A stretch of DNA of 63,065 bases, counting the filler, from Reticulomyxa filosa (taxonomy: Eukaryota > Protista > Foraminifera), in assembly GCA_000512085.1 (NCBI GenBank). It is 24 parts of 24 records of this genome, joined end to end, with 100 filler letters (N's around TTAATTAATTAA, not from the genome) between each part and the next. Parts side by side here need not be neighbours in the genome. Positions count along the whole stretch, not along the records: positions 1 to 5,069 come from ASPP01022562.1; positions 5,170 to 8,579 come from ASPP01009509.1; positions 8,680 to 12,603 come from ASPP01020207.1; positions 12,704 to 14,049 come from ASPP01000454.1; 20 more parts are not named here. The stretch is one strand, 5' to 3'. Shown here piece by piece: positions 1 through 13,706 of this stretch. The position numbers and the translations under genes are program-made. The notes under the pieces were generated by a model, which saw nothing but the letters and a program-made list of their open reading frames with translations, was not told where the DNA came from and ran no database searches. How positions within the stretch are numbered: the first letter of the stretch is position 1; each line of letters opens with the position of its first letter.

Positions 1-3000
1 TCACCTTGATGTTGAAGCTCTGCCATCGAATAAGCATGTATTTGTTGTTGTTGTTGCAATTTGTCTGGTTTCAAATATTGTGGTGTGTTGTTGTTATTAT
101 TGGTCGACACGGGGAGCGTCATGCCTGGTGTCTGTTGTAAACTCAATAACAATTGCTTTACAATTTCCTGAGTTATCTTTTCTGTCTGTTCGCTCGTCAT
201 CGCGGTTGTTCCATTGCCATGTTTTTTATTGGGACCAACTTGCGCTTCCTTATTGAACATTTCGACCACTTTGGCAAACTCCTGACGTAATTGCTCGTCT
301 CCAAGGATATGAGACATCAGCTCTTCTACGCCTGGATTTGTTGATGTTCCTTTTGCTTTTGCTTTTCCCTTTGTTTCTTCTTCTTCTTCTTCTTCTTCTT
401 CGTGTTCGTGTTCTTCCGTTTCTAGTGCTGTTTCTTTATTCGTTTGTTTGTTTCGAGGTTTCTCGACTGCTGCAGCTGTCGCAGTTGTCACTTCATTGTT
501 CCCGTCCGTTCCGGTCGTTTCTGCGTCCGAATCAGATTCGCTCCTGCTACTATTTGATTTTTGCTGGTATTGTTCATTGGTAGCGATTCGCATTGCCTTT
601 TCGTCCTTTCGCTCCTTTTCTTCCGATTCATGGATTATCGTTGTTGGACTTCGTCGCTTCGCTTGGTTCTTGTCCGTTTCCAATGTTTGTCTTGCCATCA
701 AGTTATTTCCGTGACCACCTTTTTTGTGGTTCTGTTTTTTTTTCCCCCCCCCCCAAGGACAAGGGAGATGTACAACAACATAGAGCTAGCATTTCTATAC
801 AATATATATGTATGCATATATGTAACTTTGTTTTGGGTATCGTCTTGAGCATCATGTTGCTTCTGCTGCAATTTTTTGGGATCATTTGCATGCTTCTGTT
901 GTGCCTTTTGCTGATTGAATCGATTCAATTTTTGGTCGTCTTCACTCTCATTTGTTTCATTGGCTTCGTGTTCATGTTCATGTTCATGTTCATGTTCATG
1001 CTCGTGCTCGTCTGCTTGTTCACTGGTGCTGTCGCCATCCATTTCAATGTTTGATCCTTCCGTGTGTAAATCGGTGTCACTTTTGGAGAGCTGTTCGTCT
1101 TCCAGTCGGAACGTGCCATGTCTCTCCAATTCAATTTTTTTGTTATGCTTGTTTTTGTTTTTGTCTTTATTTTTATCTTTGTCTTTATCTTTATCTTTTT
1201 CTTTGTTTTTGGTTTGTTTTTATTGTTATTGTCATTGTTGTTGTCACTGTCATTATTATTGTTTTCATCAGTCGCGTTCAAGCCATTCTTCATTTGCGGC
1301 TGAGAAATCCTTTTTTTGTTTTTGTCTACTGTTTGGCCGTGTTTATCGGGTTCATTCTTTGACAGCCTTTTTGCTGGCTCTACTTTATTGGTAACATTTT
1401 TCGTTTGTTCATTTTGATTTTGATTTTGATTCCCTTGATTCTGCTGTTCCTCTTTTTTAACTTTGTATTTTTGCAGACCTTCGTTGTTGTCTTTGCCATT
1501 GAGAAGATTGTTGGTCTGTTCCTTTTTGTTTGCGTCATTAGCAGTTGCTTGCTTCGCTTGCTGTTGTTTTGTGTCAGCTTTCGTGTTGGCCGCCGGTTCG
1601 TTGGCAGCCTGTGGTGCAGCCCTTGTGACCGTGGGCTTTTTTGGTTCTGGTTTCGCTTGTATCACGGGCGACGACGACAGCTCGGGATGCACCGGCCCAT
1701 TCAGTGGAGACTGCAAGGTACTGACCGTGTTGCTAAATTGCGGGGGGCGATTGGAAATCCCTTTTTTTTTTATATGTGTGTGTGTGTGTGATGTTGATTT
1801 GAGCAAATAGTAGTCAAACAAATAACTGTGACAATACACAAAGATATGATATCACAGAAACATAGATAACATAAAAGCGAACCAATGTTTTCCTTGTCAT
1901 CGACTGTGTAAATAAAACCTTCTTCGTCTTCGCTTTCCAAATACATGCCCTGTCGAGATGAGTTGTTTTGCGAGCTGTTTTTGGGTGGATTTGGCGAAGA
2001 GGTTTTCGCTGTCTTGTTGTTTGGCTTGGGATTGTCTTCTCGCGCTTCCATTGCTTTTTGCTTTGCAATCTCGGCACGTGCTGCTGTTGCTACTGCACTT
2101 ACACTAGTAGCGGTAGTGGCAGTGGTAGTGGCCGGGGCTGCTTTTTTCGCTTCTTCTTTGCCTGTCTCGGCTTTTGCTTGAACAGGTCCATTTTTCTGTC
2201 TCTGGGTTGGCGTTTTATCCGCTTCGTCGTTGATTTTTGCTTTTGAAACATTTGCTTTTCCATGTTCGTCTTTGTGTTTTTCTTTTTCTTTTTCTTTTTC
2301 CTCTTCTTCCTCGTTTTCTTCTTGCTTTTGGCTATTGTCATTCTCCTCGTCTTCGTCGTCATCTTCCTCTTCCACATCCTCTATTGCTTCTTCTTCTTCT
2401 TCTTCTTCTTCTTCTTCTTCTTCTTCTTCTTCTTCTTCGTCCAATTCCTCAATATCCTCATTGTCATTTTCATCCACTTCGTCGTCTTCTTCTTCTTCTT
2501 CCTCTTCTTTTTCCTTGTCGTTCTCCTCGTCCTCTTCTTCTTCATCTTCTTCGGTCCCTGTCTCGTCATCGTCGGTATGCTTGTTTTTATGCTTGTATTC
2601 GGGACCGCGCACTTCTTGAGCACTTTGCTTGTTTGCCAACCTATTGAGTGTCGCATTTGAAACATTTGACTTTTTCACATCTTGTTTATTCTCTCTCGAC
2701 TCCTCTGCAAAGTTGTTTCCCACATCAGTCTTTATTTATTTTATTTTGGTTATTATTATTATCATTATTTACTTATTATTTTTAAAAAAAAAAGTCACGT
2801 ATAACAATGGAAATGGAAACACTTGTATGATGATGATACAAAAAATTTATGAACCCTTTTTTTTGTGTGGGTATAGTGTCATGCAAAAAAAAAAAAAACC
2901 CTGAACAATGGAAGGTTTTGGTTTGATTGAGTCTATTTTATCGAGAACGACATTAATGACATCATTTTTGGCAGAGGAGGCTCGACTGTTGATTTGAGAC

Positions 3001-4960
3001 AGCACAATGGCTTTTTTTTTGGGCGTACTTTTGAGGGTCGAAGACGACTTGAAAGAAGGGGAACCAATCAGCGGGAGTATCAATTTTGTTTGAAAGCAAA
3101 CGGGACTGAGTGGAATCATCTACAGGATGTTCCTCTTTGTCGTCGTCCTCATCATTTTCATTATCATCGTCACTATGAACACGATTTTTTTCATTTTCTT
3201 TTTTCTCATCTTGTTCCTGTTCCTGTTCCTGTTCCCGTCCTTTTCCTGTGTCTTGCGATTGGACATGTCTGGGAACAAACAAGCGTTTTGCAGCCTGCGT
3301 GACGGTGGTGTCAATGAAAGAGGCTTGATACTCTAAGCGTTTCATGATATCGACAACGCTAACGCTGCCAATGTCTTTGAGATCAATGGAAGGAGGAGGA
3401 GGAGGAGGGACGACTTGGTCAGTGTCGTCTTTGTGAGCATAGTGTTTATTGAGTTGCATGACCAAGCGAGCCAAGTTTTCCAAAGACTTGTGATTGACCT
3501 GTTGTTCCATTTGCAATTGATGTTGGGACATTTTGTCTTTGTCTTTGTCCCTGAGACCAGTGGAGCCTCGAGCGGGACCGGTTTTGGTGGACGAGTTGGA
3601 CGAAAAGTCCATGGATGGGAACTGATTCGTTTCCGACGAGTTGAGTTTGTGGAAGGCATGGATCAAATCCTCCACACTCAAAAAGCCAGTCTTCTTTTCG
3701 TTTGCGCTTTCCAAGTCGTGTCGAATGCGATGCAGTAGCTTTGGATAAAAATGCCTGATGGCATATGGAAACAGTTGCTCCAATGCGTGTTTCAACAATT
3801 GAGTGGGCGAGGTATATCCATTCCATCCATGTTGTTGCTGTTGTTGAATCTGGATTTGCGATAGTGCAAATATTCGCAATACTCTGATAAACTTGTCAAT
3901 ACTCATCTCCATAAACTTCAAGTTCAACGAGGATACGTATAACGTGCTGCCGTCGGATATCACCAGCTCTTCCAAGGTCGTTCCGTACGTGTGGTCCGAG
4001 TCTTCTTCGCGCTTACGCTGCGATCGCGACGAAGGGGGAAGAGGGGGTGGAAGTGCAAAAGGAGGTTGGCGTGGAGAGACCAATGGTGATACCGTTGTTG
4101 TTGTTGTTGTTGTTGTTGTCGTTGCTTTTGCTTGTATTCCACTACTGCTCTGAGACTGGTCGTCCATACTCTTTGTTTGGGACTTGCTCATCGAATAGCC
4201 ACTGTTCCCACTCAACAGTTTTGGGCTGTTTTTCTTTCCATTGCCGTTCATGTTGCCCAAACTACTTGTTTTGGGATCATGACTATTACCATTACCATTG
4301 CCATTTGCGCTTGGACGAACCTTGGCTGAAGGATCGTTACGCAATCCAAGTGGAGGACGTTTCTTCATCGAGTTCGATGACGCATGTGCTTGCGTTTGCG
4401 ATTGGCTTTGAGTTGTGCTGTTGATAATGGTAGGGTCATTAAAGATGCTCAGACTTGCAATCATGTCTCCGCTTTTGTTTTCTGCATTCGATATTTTGTC
4501 GTCACTCAAATCGCAAAAAAATTCGTGCAATATTTGGCATTTGCTCGGGTCAATGTTTGGCAAATACCCACGCAAACCTTTTTTGTTTGTCAGTTTAAAA
4601 CGATAGAGGAAAGAGAGAAATAGAAATAGAAAGAGAAAGAGAAAAAAAAACTTTCGGCAAAGTCCATAGGGTCCAATGTGCCATTTCCATAAGCATCGAA
4701 TTTCGACAACGATTCATGAATTTGTGACGTAAAGTCTTCGATATCTTGAATCAAGCGATCAAATGGTACCGTAGCAGTATTGGCGGTGGCGGCAGATGCC
4801 CCTTGTTGTTGTGCATCTTTGGCTGTTGCTTCCGCTCTTTGTGGAACGTTTTTCCCTTTCTCTTTTTCTTTGGCTTCCTCTTTTGCAGGCTGCACTTTGC
4901 CTACATTAACAGTCAATTTCACGGACTCGTCCGCACTGTTCTCATTGTTTTTTGTCGAAA
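1..4960 (-). CDS. Large multi-exon low-complexity protein with EF-hand-like motifs (partial, apparent frameshifts)
   Basis: EF-hand-like KFDAYGNGTLDPMDF spliced in frame via a GT-AG intron (4651-4578) to SLRGYLP. Second degenerate loop NEKKTGFLSVEDL. Downstream ORFs 1770-2723, 925-1839 and 698-1129 are E/N/Q-rich and separated by AT-rich introns. May be more than one gene. Confidence 0.55.
2385..2440. repeat. (TCT)n microsatellite encoding poly-Glu on the minus strand
   Basis: Direct trinucleotide run inside ORF 1770-2723. Confidence 0.9.
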
Positions 4961-5037
4961 CGGGGGTTTTTTTTTTATCCTCACTCGAGTTATTGTTCGT
5001 TTTATCATTGGAAGAAGTTGTTCTATTTTCTTCTTGA

Positions 5038-5069
<32 letters not shown>

Positions 5070-5169
5070 NNNNNNNNNNNNNNNNNNNNNNNNNNNNNNN
5101 NNNNNNNNNNNNNTTAATTAATTAANNNNNNNNNNNNNNNNNNNNNNNNNNNNNNNNNNNNNNNNNNNN
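5070..5169. other. Artificial contig-joining spacer (N44-TTAATTAATTAA-N44), first of 23
   Basis: Identical 100-bp spacers start at 5070, 8580, 12604, 14050, 20939, 23529, 25058, 26653, 30342, 32127, 33996, 35671, 37730, 38861, 39961, 42061, 43708, 49156, 51565, 52665, 54903, 56921 and 58455. The palindromic core has stops in all six frames. Confidence 0.99.
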
Positions 5170-6272
5170 AAAAAAAAACGAACCAATTCTGGTATTCCAA
5201 TATAAGATACATTCAATCAACAAGCCTCCCGAAAACACGGCAATGTAATATTCATAGGAACAAATTCGCACAAATAGTTCGTCGAGGATAACATGAAAGA
5301 TGAGAAGTGTGATTGCTACGGTTACCACTCGAAATACTCGATTAAGTTCTTCTATTACCTACATATATATGTAATATATATTAGTGAGTAAGATTTTCAA
5401 TTGGCAAGACAAAACCATCACTTATCCAAATTAGAAATAAACGAACCAGAAAGCTATCTTCAAATGGCGGGACTAGCTTCCACAAGACGGCGATGAACAG
5501 ATAAGGAATGATGTTCATAAAGAAATAGATGCCATAGGCCACGCGCACGTCGATCCACGAATACACCAGCAGGAAAATACTTGTGATAAAAATGATGATA
5601 TAGATGCCCTTGCCGATAGTATGCAAATTTCCAAGAGTCGATCGAAATTTAATAAAGTAGTTGTGTTTGCCAATGTTAGGATTCAGCAATTTTTTCCATT
5701 GTTCTGTCGATGTTGCTTGCGTCCATTTGATTTCATAAAATATCATCCTTTTTTTTTTCATTAAAAAAAAAAAAATATATATATATATATATATATGCGT
5801 ATGTATGTATATATACGCATATATATTCATTTATGTGTGCATATACACATATGAAGATAATATGCTTCAGAGTTTTGTGATTTGAAGGGAAGGAGAGTTG
5901 AATGTAGTGCACAGCCTAACCAAAATCTCCAAACCCAACACAATAAATAGGCCACTCCAGCTAAGAGGGAGATACTTAATGGGAGATGGTATAAGTGATA
6001 AGAGGGCGAGGTAGACTGACAATGCATCGCATCTAACAATTGAAAAGTCATGAAGTAACCTATTTGTGACAAGGAGTGAATTATAAAATAACAAATCTCA
6101 TGCAATGTTATTAGCGCGTATCTTTTTTTAAGACGACATGATTCCTTTGCCGATAAAATTCCAAACTATTCTTCAGTGTTGATATCAAAAGCACAAGTAT
6201 CACTGCTGCTCCTATTCCACCACTTATCAACACCAGCAAATGATTGGAGCGAAAGTAGACTTCGTATTTCAT
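5170..6272 (-). CDS. Multi-pass (about 7 TM) membrane protein, GPCR / 7TM-RGS-like N-terminal part, 3' truncated
   Basis: ATG at 6272 (MKYEVYFRSNHLLVLISGGIEAAVILVLLI), a 1-nt shift in the A7 run at 6123-6129, then successive hydrophobic helices over three exons (..CWVWRFW|MIFYEIKW..PPFEDSFL|VIEELNRVF..). Confidence 0.5.
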
Positions 6273-8547
6273 CACACTTTACAAAATGCAGAACTATTAT
6301 TTATATTTTCAGTTTGCGACCGACAGTCAACCGTCCTTTTTTTTGTTTTCTGCCAGCTTTCGTTTGCTGTTCTATCAAATAGTCCTCAAAACAGAGTACT
6401 TCTAACAAAGAGCGAGTATTGATTGCTCGCATTTGGTGAATTGTTTTAAATCTTGTTTAAACACAATTGTATTAAAAAAAAAAATGAAAACAGTGCGTTG
6501 TACTTATGTGTTATTGGCTGTTTTTTAAAACAGGATAATTTATCATCAAACACAAACAATGAAAAAAATACGCAAATCAAGAATCTATAATTAGTAACTG
6601 TGTTCAAAACTTCTAAAAGGGGTTTTCTCAGACCCTTTCAAATAAAACTGAATCTTGCTGTTCGAGTAATATAGATCATGGAAACCAAAAATGAAGGTGT
6701 TGTCAAAAAAAAAAAACGATATAAGATCAAAGGTGATCATCAGTATATAAAAAATTAAACAAACAGAGGAAGCAGAAGCAACTGAAGACGAATACTTTGA
6801 ACGTGAGCTATTGGACTTTTTGGAAGCAATAGAAACCGTGAAAACAAAGCTAAACAGTTAAGAGAAGAAAACGAAAAGTAAGAAGAGCGGAGAAATGTCA
6901 CAACAGTTTGCATGGGGGCATATACATATATGTATATACATCTATATGAATGTTTGTAAGTGTATGTATGAAACGAATTAAATTGGTACAGAAAAGGAAC
7001 CAATTGGCGATGAGCCAACAGATACAATAATACCAATAATAACCCGGTTCGAGAAGACCAACTGTGAAATGCCAGAAGATCAGTACACACGAGTGTACGC
7101 AGGGCTCAAAATACTGAGTGACTTTGTCATGCCGCAGCCTCAGTTATTCGCACGTTGGACCTCTTTGCCACAAATGTTCAAAGCTGCAAAAGAGTACAAA
7201 GCCAAATATCCTGTCCCAAAAAAAGGTCTTTTTTTTTTTTTTTTTTGTGAAAAGTATTGAGCAGCAAATGACAAAGTAATCAAATAAATGCAATGTAGAA
7301 GGCGTGGATATGACCGAGTTATTAAAATCTGTCAAAGAATTTACCGAATCAGCTACAAGTACTACCATCACTGCCACAACAACCACTACCAATGTTATCA
7401 AAGTTTAGTAATTTTATTTTACTTTTTTCCTAAAAAAAAATTTTTTTTCGCACAAGTCCAATTTCATTCATTTTTCGAACAAAAGCCATTTGCCAAAGTG
7501 GAACTTTTCTTATTAAGGAAAATGCATACACTTTCACACGCACACAGACACAGACACACATACACACACACACGCACACACGAAAAAAACATGGCAATGG
7601 CAAAGCCTTTTTCTGTTGTTGTAAACACCACTTTCACTGTGTCCTCAGCTTACATTCAATCTTGTAAGAATGAAAATGATGAGGATGAGGATGAGGATGG
7701 CGATGAAGACATTAGCCATCCGCCCAAGTACTTGTTCAATAATGCGCACTTTTTTTTTTCTTTTTTTTTTTTTTTTTGAGTGACTTTGTATTGCCACCTC
7801 GATCCTTGTCTCTTCTCTTCTCGTCTCACCAATTGTCTTGTTTGTTGTTGTTGTTATCGCTGCTTTGTCCTTCGGTCCTGCTCCGTGTCTGACTCTGACT
7901 ATGATTGATTGATTGATTGACCGATTGATTTACATTCTCGATTATCGGGACACGTTTCACAATCACACTCATTGGATTTGCAATCTGCGAAATTCCTTTC
8001 ATCCTGTTGGGACAACTGTTTCTCGTAACTATAATGCAAATCGATCCAATCCTTCTTATAATGTTCAACAATTCCCTTTAATCCTGTTCCAATGCCAATT
8101 CCTAATTCAATTCCATTCACATAAAATGTAAAAAAAATAAAATAAATGTTTAAACAAAATTAAATTAAACTAAACTAAAAAGACAAATGAGGAGACGAGA
8201 GACAAGGAAAAAGATGCTGAAAAACCTTTGCATCATGTCAGTCATGCGCATTCCTCCCACCCTTCCCATCAACCTTCAAGATCACATCATTCAAGCAACA
8301 AACGTTCCAGGTAACCATCCAAAAGTCACATCATTGCACCTTTTTTTTTTTCCTTTCTTTTCTCCTTTTCTTTTTTATCCTTCTTACTTTCCGATACTAA
8401 CAACAATCATTATTTCTTTGCCAACAATTATTCAAATTTGATCATTTGCACATTTGTAACTCGTTGTTTGTCCCACTAAGAAATACACCACCAAAAAAAT
8501 TTATAAAAAAAGTTGGAGTCAAAATGAACGCATTAGAATTTTGAAAT

Positions 8548-8579
<32 letters not shown>

Positions 8580-8721
8580 NNNNNNNNNNNNNNNNNNNNN
8601 NNNNNNNNNNNNNNNNNNNNNNNTTAATTAATTAANNNNNNNNNNNNNNNNNNNNNNNNNNNNNNNNNNNNNNNNNNNNATTTTATTTTATTTTATTTTA
8701 TTTTATTTTATTTTATAATAG

Positions 8722-9262
8722 GGGACCTAATCATGCAGCAGATCCTATTGTTACTAGATGGAAAATAGATAAAACAACTAATTCAAAAATAATTGATCCT
8801 ATTTCTAAAAAACCTATTCTTGAATTTATTGCTATTCTTCGTAAAGATGGTGGTGGTTGGGCTATTCCTGGTGGAATGGTTGAATCTGGTGATACTGTAT
8901 CTAATACATTAAAAAAAGAATTTGGTGAAGAAGCTTTAAATTCATTAGATTCTAATCTTACTACTGAACAAAAAAAATCTTTAGAATCTTCTTTAAATTA
9001 TTTCTTTTCTCATTCTCAATTTTCTCATCTCATTTTTAAAGGTTATGTTGATGATCCTAGAAATACTGATAATAGTTGGATTGAAACTGTTGCTGTTAAT
9101 TTTCATGATGATCAAGGTATTTATGCTTCTCGCTTTCCTTTACATGCTGGTGATGATGCTGCTTCTGTCACTTGGATGACTGTCTCTGATCATTTACAAT
9201 TATATGCTTCTCACAAACTTTTCTTACATCAAGTTGCTTTATTTCATCATGCTCATTGGTAA
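8722..9262 (+). CDS. NUDT9: ADP-ribose pyrophosphatase, NUDT9-type Nudix hydrolase (last exon)
   Basis: GPNHAADPIVTRW, WAIPGGMVESGDTVSNTLKKEFGEEA (Nudix box), GYVDDPRNTDNSWIETVAVNFHD, AGDDA, LYASH and terminal AHW are NUDT9 signatures. AG acceptor at 8720-8721. Confidence 0.95.
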
Positions 9263-11915
9263 CCCATCCTTTGCCAGTTACTTTTTTTAAACGACATATG
9301 TCGCTTCGTTCTTATACACAAAAAGACATTTTGGAAAGGAAAGATCTTTTTTTAAGACAAAATTTTAAGTGAATGTCCAAGAGGTACGCAGCATAAGAAA
9401 ATAAAAAACAAAAGTCTTTTCTCAAGCAAGCACATCATTCTTAGTGATAAATTTTTTGCTGAAAAAGATTTTTAAACGCGAAAAACAACAGACAAGAGAA
9501 CCACTAAAACGGAAATATGTTTCTCAAATTGATGTCTCACTTCCACAAAGTGCAAACATACCGTCTTAATGTAATAAGATTGTTGTTTTATGGAAATTTA
9601 ATGAAAAGGTTATGGATGTACATTATTTTGTAAAAAGATTGCAAACCTAATGTTACTTGATAACATCGGTTTCTACACGAGAATCAAACATTTAATGCTA
9701 ATTTTAAAAAATTTACAAGTTATAATATTTATTAGAAGAATCAGTATGAGTTGTAAAAGGAAATCCACTCTGAACTAGCAACACGTTTTTTACGGTGATC
9801 ACTGTGTTTTAATAAAAAAAAACTTGATATAATTGCCTTTGAAACGACAAATAATTAAAGATTTTACAAGTTAAATCTTTAGACACTTTGACGTTTTTTT
9901 TACTAAAGAAAAATGAACTTTTTAACAAAAAAATTTTTGATTGTAAAAAAAAATATCAACTTTCACAAAACTTTAAAACGTATGTAGTGCAAGTCCATAT
10001 TATATATGTCTGGACTCTGAATGATTTGAGGAGCACCAGTGTGTTAAACTTATCACATAACTTTCTTCAATCTTTGTTTGTTTTCTTTCTTTTATTGTGT
10101 CATTTCTCTTTTATTTATTTAATTTACTTTTGTTTTGCCAAAAACCTTCTCTTTTTGAGTAAACCTTTTCGTATTACATTTAGTGCAGTCTATTATAAGC
10201 AGCAGAAGTCCCACATTTGTATTATATGTAGTGATTGATTCTCTATTGGAAGTGTAGACAAAACAAATAATTGAAAATTAGTATCTTTCTTTTTTGATTT
10301 AACATTTTGTATTTTTAAGCAAAAGTTAACCTTCATTGACCAGTGAGACTTGTCTGACGGTTATCCAGTATACTTTTTGCGCTCAAAATTGAACAGCTAT
10401 GTCAAAGCTGAAGTTTCGCCTGCACCGAACTGTGTGAGCACGCAGACCATTTATGCCTGCTTTGTGTTGTTATGCTATCTATTCTTTAAGTGGTAAAATT
10501 AATTTCAACCAAGTTAAAAATTTTGAATGTTTGGGGATGTGAAAATAGTGCGGGCAAAAAAAAGAGTTAAAGCGGTTCTTTTGTTTAAAATAGATTCTAT
10601 TGCGATAGTGACAATGCTTTAGTCAGAAGTATTACTAGTCCGTTATTCATACTGTAGTATGTTGGCTACTACGACATATATTGAATCATCAACATACTTG
10701 GAACTTCATCAAGTTGTTTGTAATTATCTGAAGTTGATTAGTATGAAATTAAAATTAAAACTTCAACTGGTTTGCTTCAACAACTGGCCTTACTACAACT
10801 AGCGTTCCTTTGCTTTGTGACCCAAATTTGTATTGCAGTGCCTTTACATTTATCTAGATATAAAAAAAATTCTCACTTTTACTATTCACGACCAACTTAT
10901 GTGTAATATACAATATATATATATCTGATTATATTGTACAATATTTTGACAGCTAATTCAAAATTTTAAACAAAAATATTTACACAAATACTATATATAT
11001 TGTATAATCGACACATCTTTTCGAAGTCTTAGTTTGTGTGTTTGTTTTGTAATATTTAAAAGACAGAAATCAGCAAAATGAGAAATTTAGCGATTGTGAA
11101 AAATGTGATATAATGTTCAATTGTGGCCCAAATGAGACAATCTAACTCAAACAAATTAGTACTGGTAAGCAGATAAAAAAATTACAATGTCAATTATTTA
11201 GTTTTTCCAGACAAATTCAAAATTGTATTCGAAATAGCTTTAGATATGCAAAAAATGGTTGAACAAGATATACGATTTTTCTTTTGCACGAGGAGCTGAA
11301 TGCTTCTTCGCGAAATGCTTGCGCTGATGACAAAAGCATACTAGTATTTTAAATGTTTTTACTTTTTGTTCATTACTATAGCATTTTCTATTTTTCCAAC
11401 TGTTTTTTACTTTTGCTTGCCAATTATGAAGATCTTTTATTTTTTTTCATCAACAAAACATTATACACAATAACAAATAATTTTTACTTTCTATTTGTTT
11501 ATGTATTATTTATTAATATCATTGGAAACGCTTAAAATTAATCAGAAAAAATACACGTCAAGTGTCTATTTGGTTAGGAAAAAAATTAAAGAAATTTCTA
11601 GTCATAAAAAAATTGCACTGAAAAATCGCAAATCAAATCAAATGTAAATTTTGGCAATAAACAATCTTTTACTTCAAATTGAAATCATTGTTTCAGAGAG
11701 TTCGTTAATGTTCATATAATTCCACTCATCTACACATTAAAGATTACAATAGTTCGTTCATTACCGTCTAAAAAACATTTTTTTGCACTTTTCATCTTTC
11801 CTTTTGTGATATTCTCACAGTTAGAGCAATATGGTTCTTTAATAAGCTATTTTGTGAAAATAAAACGAGAAGAAAAGGGGCATCTTTGTTGATCGAAACA
11901 TTATAAAAAAAAGTA

Positions 11916-12585
11916 ATGGCAGAAGAAAAAGTATCATCTGAAAAAAACACAAAAAAGACTGAAAAAACTGTTTCGAAAGATTTGGATTACATAAAAAGTA
12001 AAATAACAAAGCATGAAAACTTTCCAAAAGAAGGAGTATTATTTTATGATATATTTCCAGCATTAAGAGATTCAAAATGTTTGGATATGATAATAACACG
12101 TCTATTAAGTCATATTTATGATGAATTTGGTAATAAAGTGGATGTTATTTGTGGTTTAGATTCAAGAGGATTTTTATTTGGTACAGTGTTATCACTTCGA
12201 ATGGGAATTGCTTTTGGTATGTAAATATATACATATATAATATATAATATATATAATGTATATATTATATATTTAATATTTTAATATTAAATAAATAGTA
12301 CCTATTCGTAAAAAAGGTACATTACCTGGAAAATGTGTAAGTTTAAAATCAACAAAAGAATATGGAAGTGATGTATTAGAAATTCAATCTGATGCAATAT
12401 TACCTGGTCAATCTGTTATTCTTGTTGATGATTTATTGGCCACTGGCGGTACTCTCAATTCCAGTGTCCAATTAATTCAATTTTTAAATGCCACTGTTTT
12501 GGAATGTATTGTCGTCATTGAATTGCTTCAGCTCAAAGGCAGAGACAAAGTTCCTTCTTCTGTCTTTTCTCTTCTCTCCTTATAA
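11916..12585 (+). CDS. APRT: Adenine phosphoribosyltransferase, complete, 2 exons (11916-12216, 12299-12585)
   Basis: NFPKEGVLFYDI, GLDSRGFLFG, VPIRKKGTLPG, EYG and the PRPP motif VILVDDLLATGGT. In-frame GT-AG intron 12217-12298. Confidence 0.97.
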
Positions 12586-12703
12586 TCTCTTTTTTTTTTG
12601 CTTNNNNNNNNNNNNNNNNNNNNNNNNNNNNNNNNNNNNNNNNNNNNTTAATTAATTAANNNNNNNNNNNNNNNNNNNNNNNNNNNNNNNNNNNNNNNNN
12701 NNN

Positions 12704-13477
12704 TTCGCCATTTTTATTTCAACACAAACACTGTCATTGCATGACACGAGCCCTTGTGGAGGGGTAATAACAAACTCCTCCTCTGCAATATTCGGCTTAT
12801 CATCATCAGAGCACTTTTTTTGTTGGTTTGATTGTGATTTCAAACCATCCCACCAATCAAACAAAACAAGATTATTAAAAAAAATATTTTTTTTTACCTG
12901 GCAAATACAAATGAATTGGTACCAACGAAACGTGTGACGATTTGTCAAAATTAAATGTTTAGTGTAATACGAAAGTTTTGTCAGTTTTTGCGTATCGATA
13001 ATGTAGTGTTCTGGAGACAAAGACAGATTGGTTGCGATTGGTCTGCTATGTTCCTTCTCTTTTTCTGCTTCTATGCATATATGTATTTTTGATCCCAATC
13101 AAATTGATGTTGATCAACAGAAATCACTTAACTTGTCAGCTCTCTTAATTTGTTTTCGAGTTGTTTTATATCTATTTTAAAAAAAACATAAATAAGTGAG
13201 AAGATGACAAAAACATCTGTCGTGCTTCAAGGCCACGACTTGTCTTCAAAAAAGGATTTAGAAATACAACATAACTTCGTGTCAATTTTTTACAAATTTT
13301 TTTTTGTTTTAAAAACGCCCATGTGAGGTCTTGCATTTCTTGTTCGTGGCTAGACGAAGACAAAAAAAGAACATTATTTGTCACAACGATGCATTCTTCT
13401 GCTTTCCATTGAAGCCTTGGATTACATTGTTGGATTTCGTCTATTACTGAAAAATTATTGGATTTAACACTAGCCAT
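12704..13477 (-). CDS. Uncharacterised multi-exon protein, possible ASH/MSP-like Ig segment (3' truncated)
   Basis: ATG 13477, ORFs 13172-13495 and 12652-13098. EFVITPPQGLVSCNDSVCVEIK resembles the ASH/MSP F.I.P..G pattern. Confidence 0.35.
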
Positions 13478-13706
13478 TTGTTCGTTTGATCTCAAAAGTG
13501 GGATTCACCCAAAAAACAGTTTCAAAGTAAACCATTTTTTTAAGTGATATCGTTTTGTTACGAAACTGGAAGTTGAATATTGAAATATTTGAACATTTTG
13601 AAAGAAAAATTAAGAAAACAGTTACGATTTTTGATGCCAGACCATTTTTATATAAAGTGCAATAATTGGGAAATTGGTTCATTGAGATCATCAGTTCAAA
13701 AGTGTA

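Noticed and set aside
338-2660. Many plus-strand hydrophobic or poly-Ser/Leu/Phe ORFs
   Set aside because: Antisense shadows of low-complexity E/K/N-rich minus-strand exons.
6120-6132. Programmed ribosomal frameshifting at A-runs (Euplotes-like)
   Set aside because: No consistent slippery or AAA-stop motif across sites. Homopolymer sequencing error or decay is simpler.
6678-8320. Plus-strand gene fragments (MPEDQYTRV.., His/Ser-rich stretch)
   Set aside because: Interrupted by stops, with no recognisable family or consistent exon chain.
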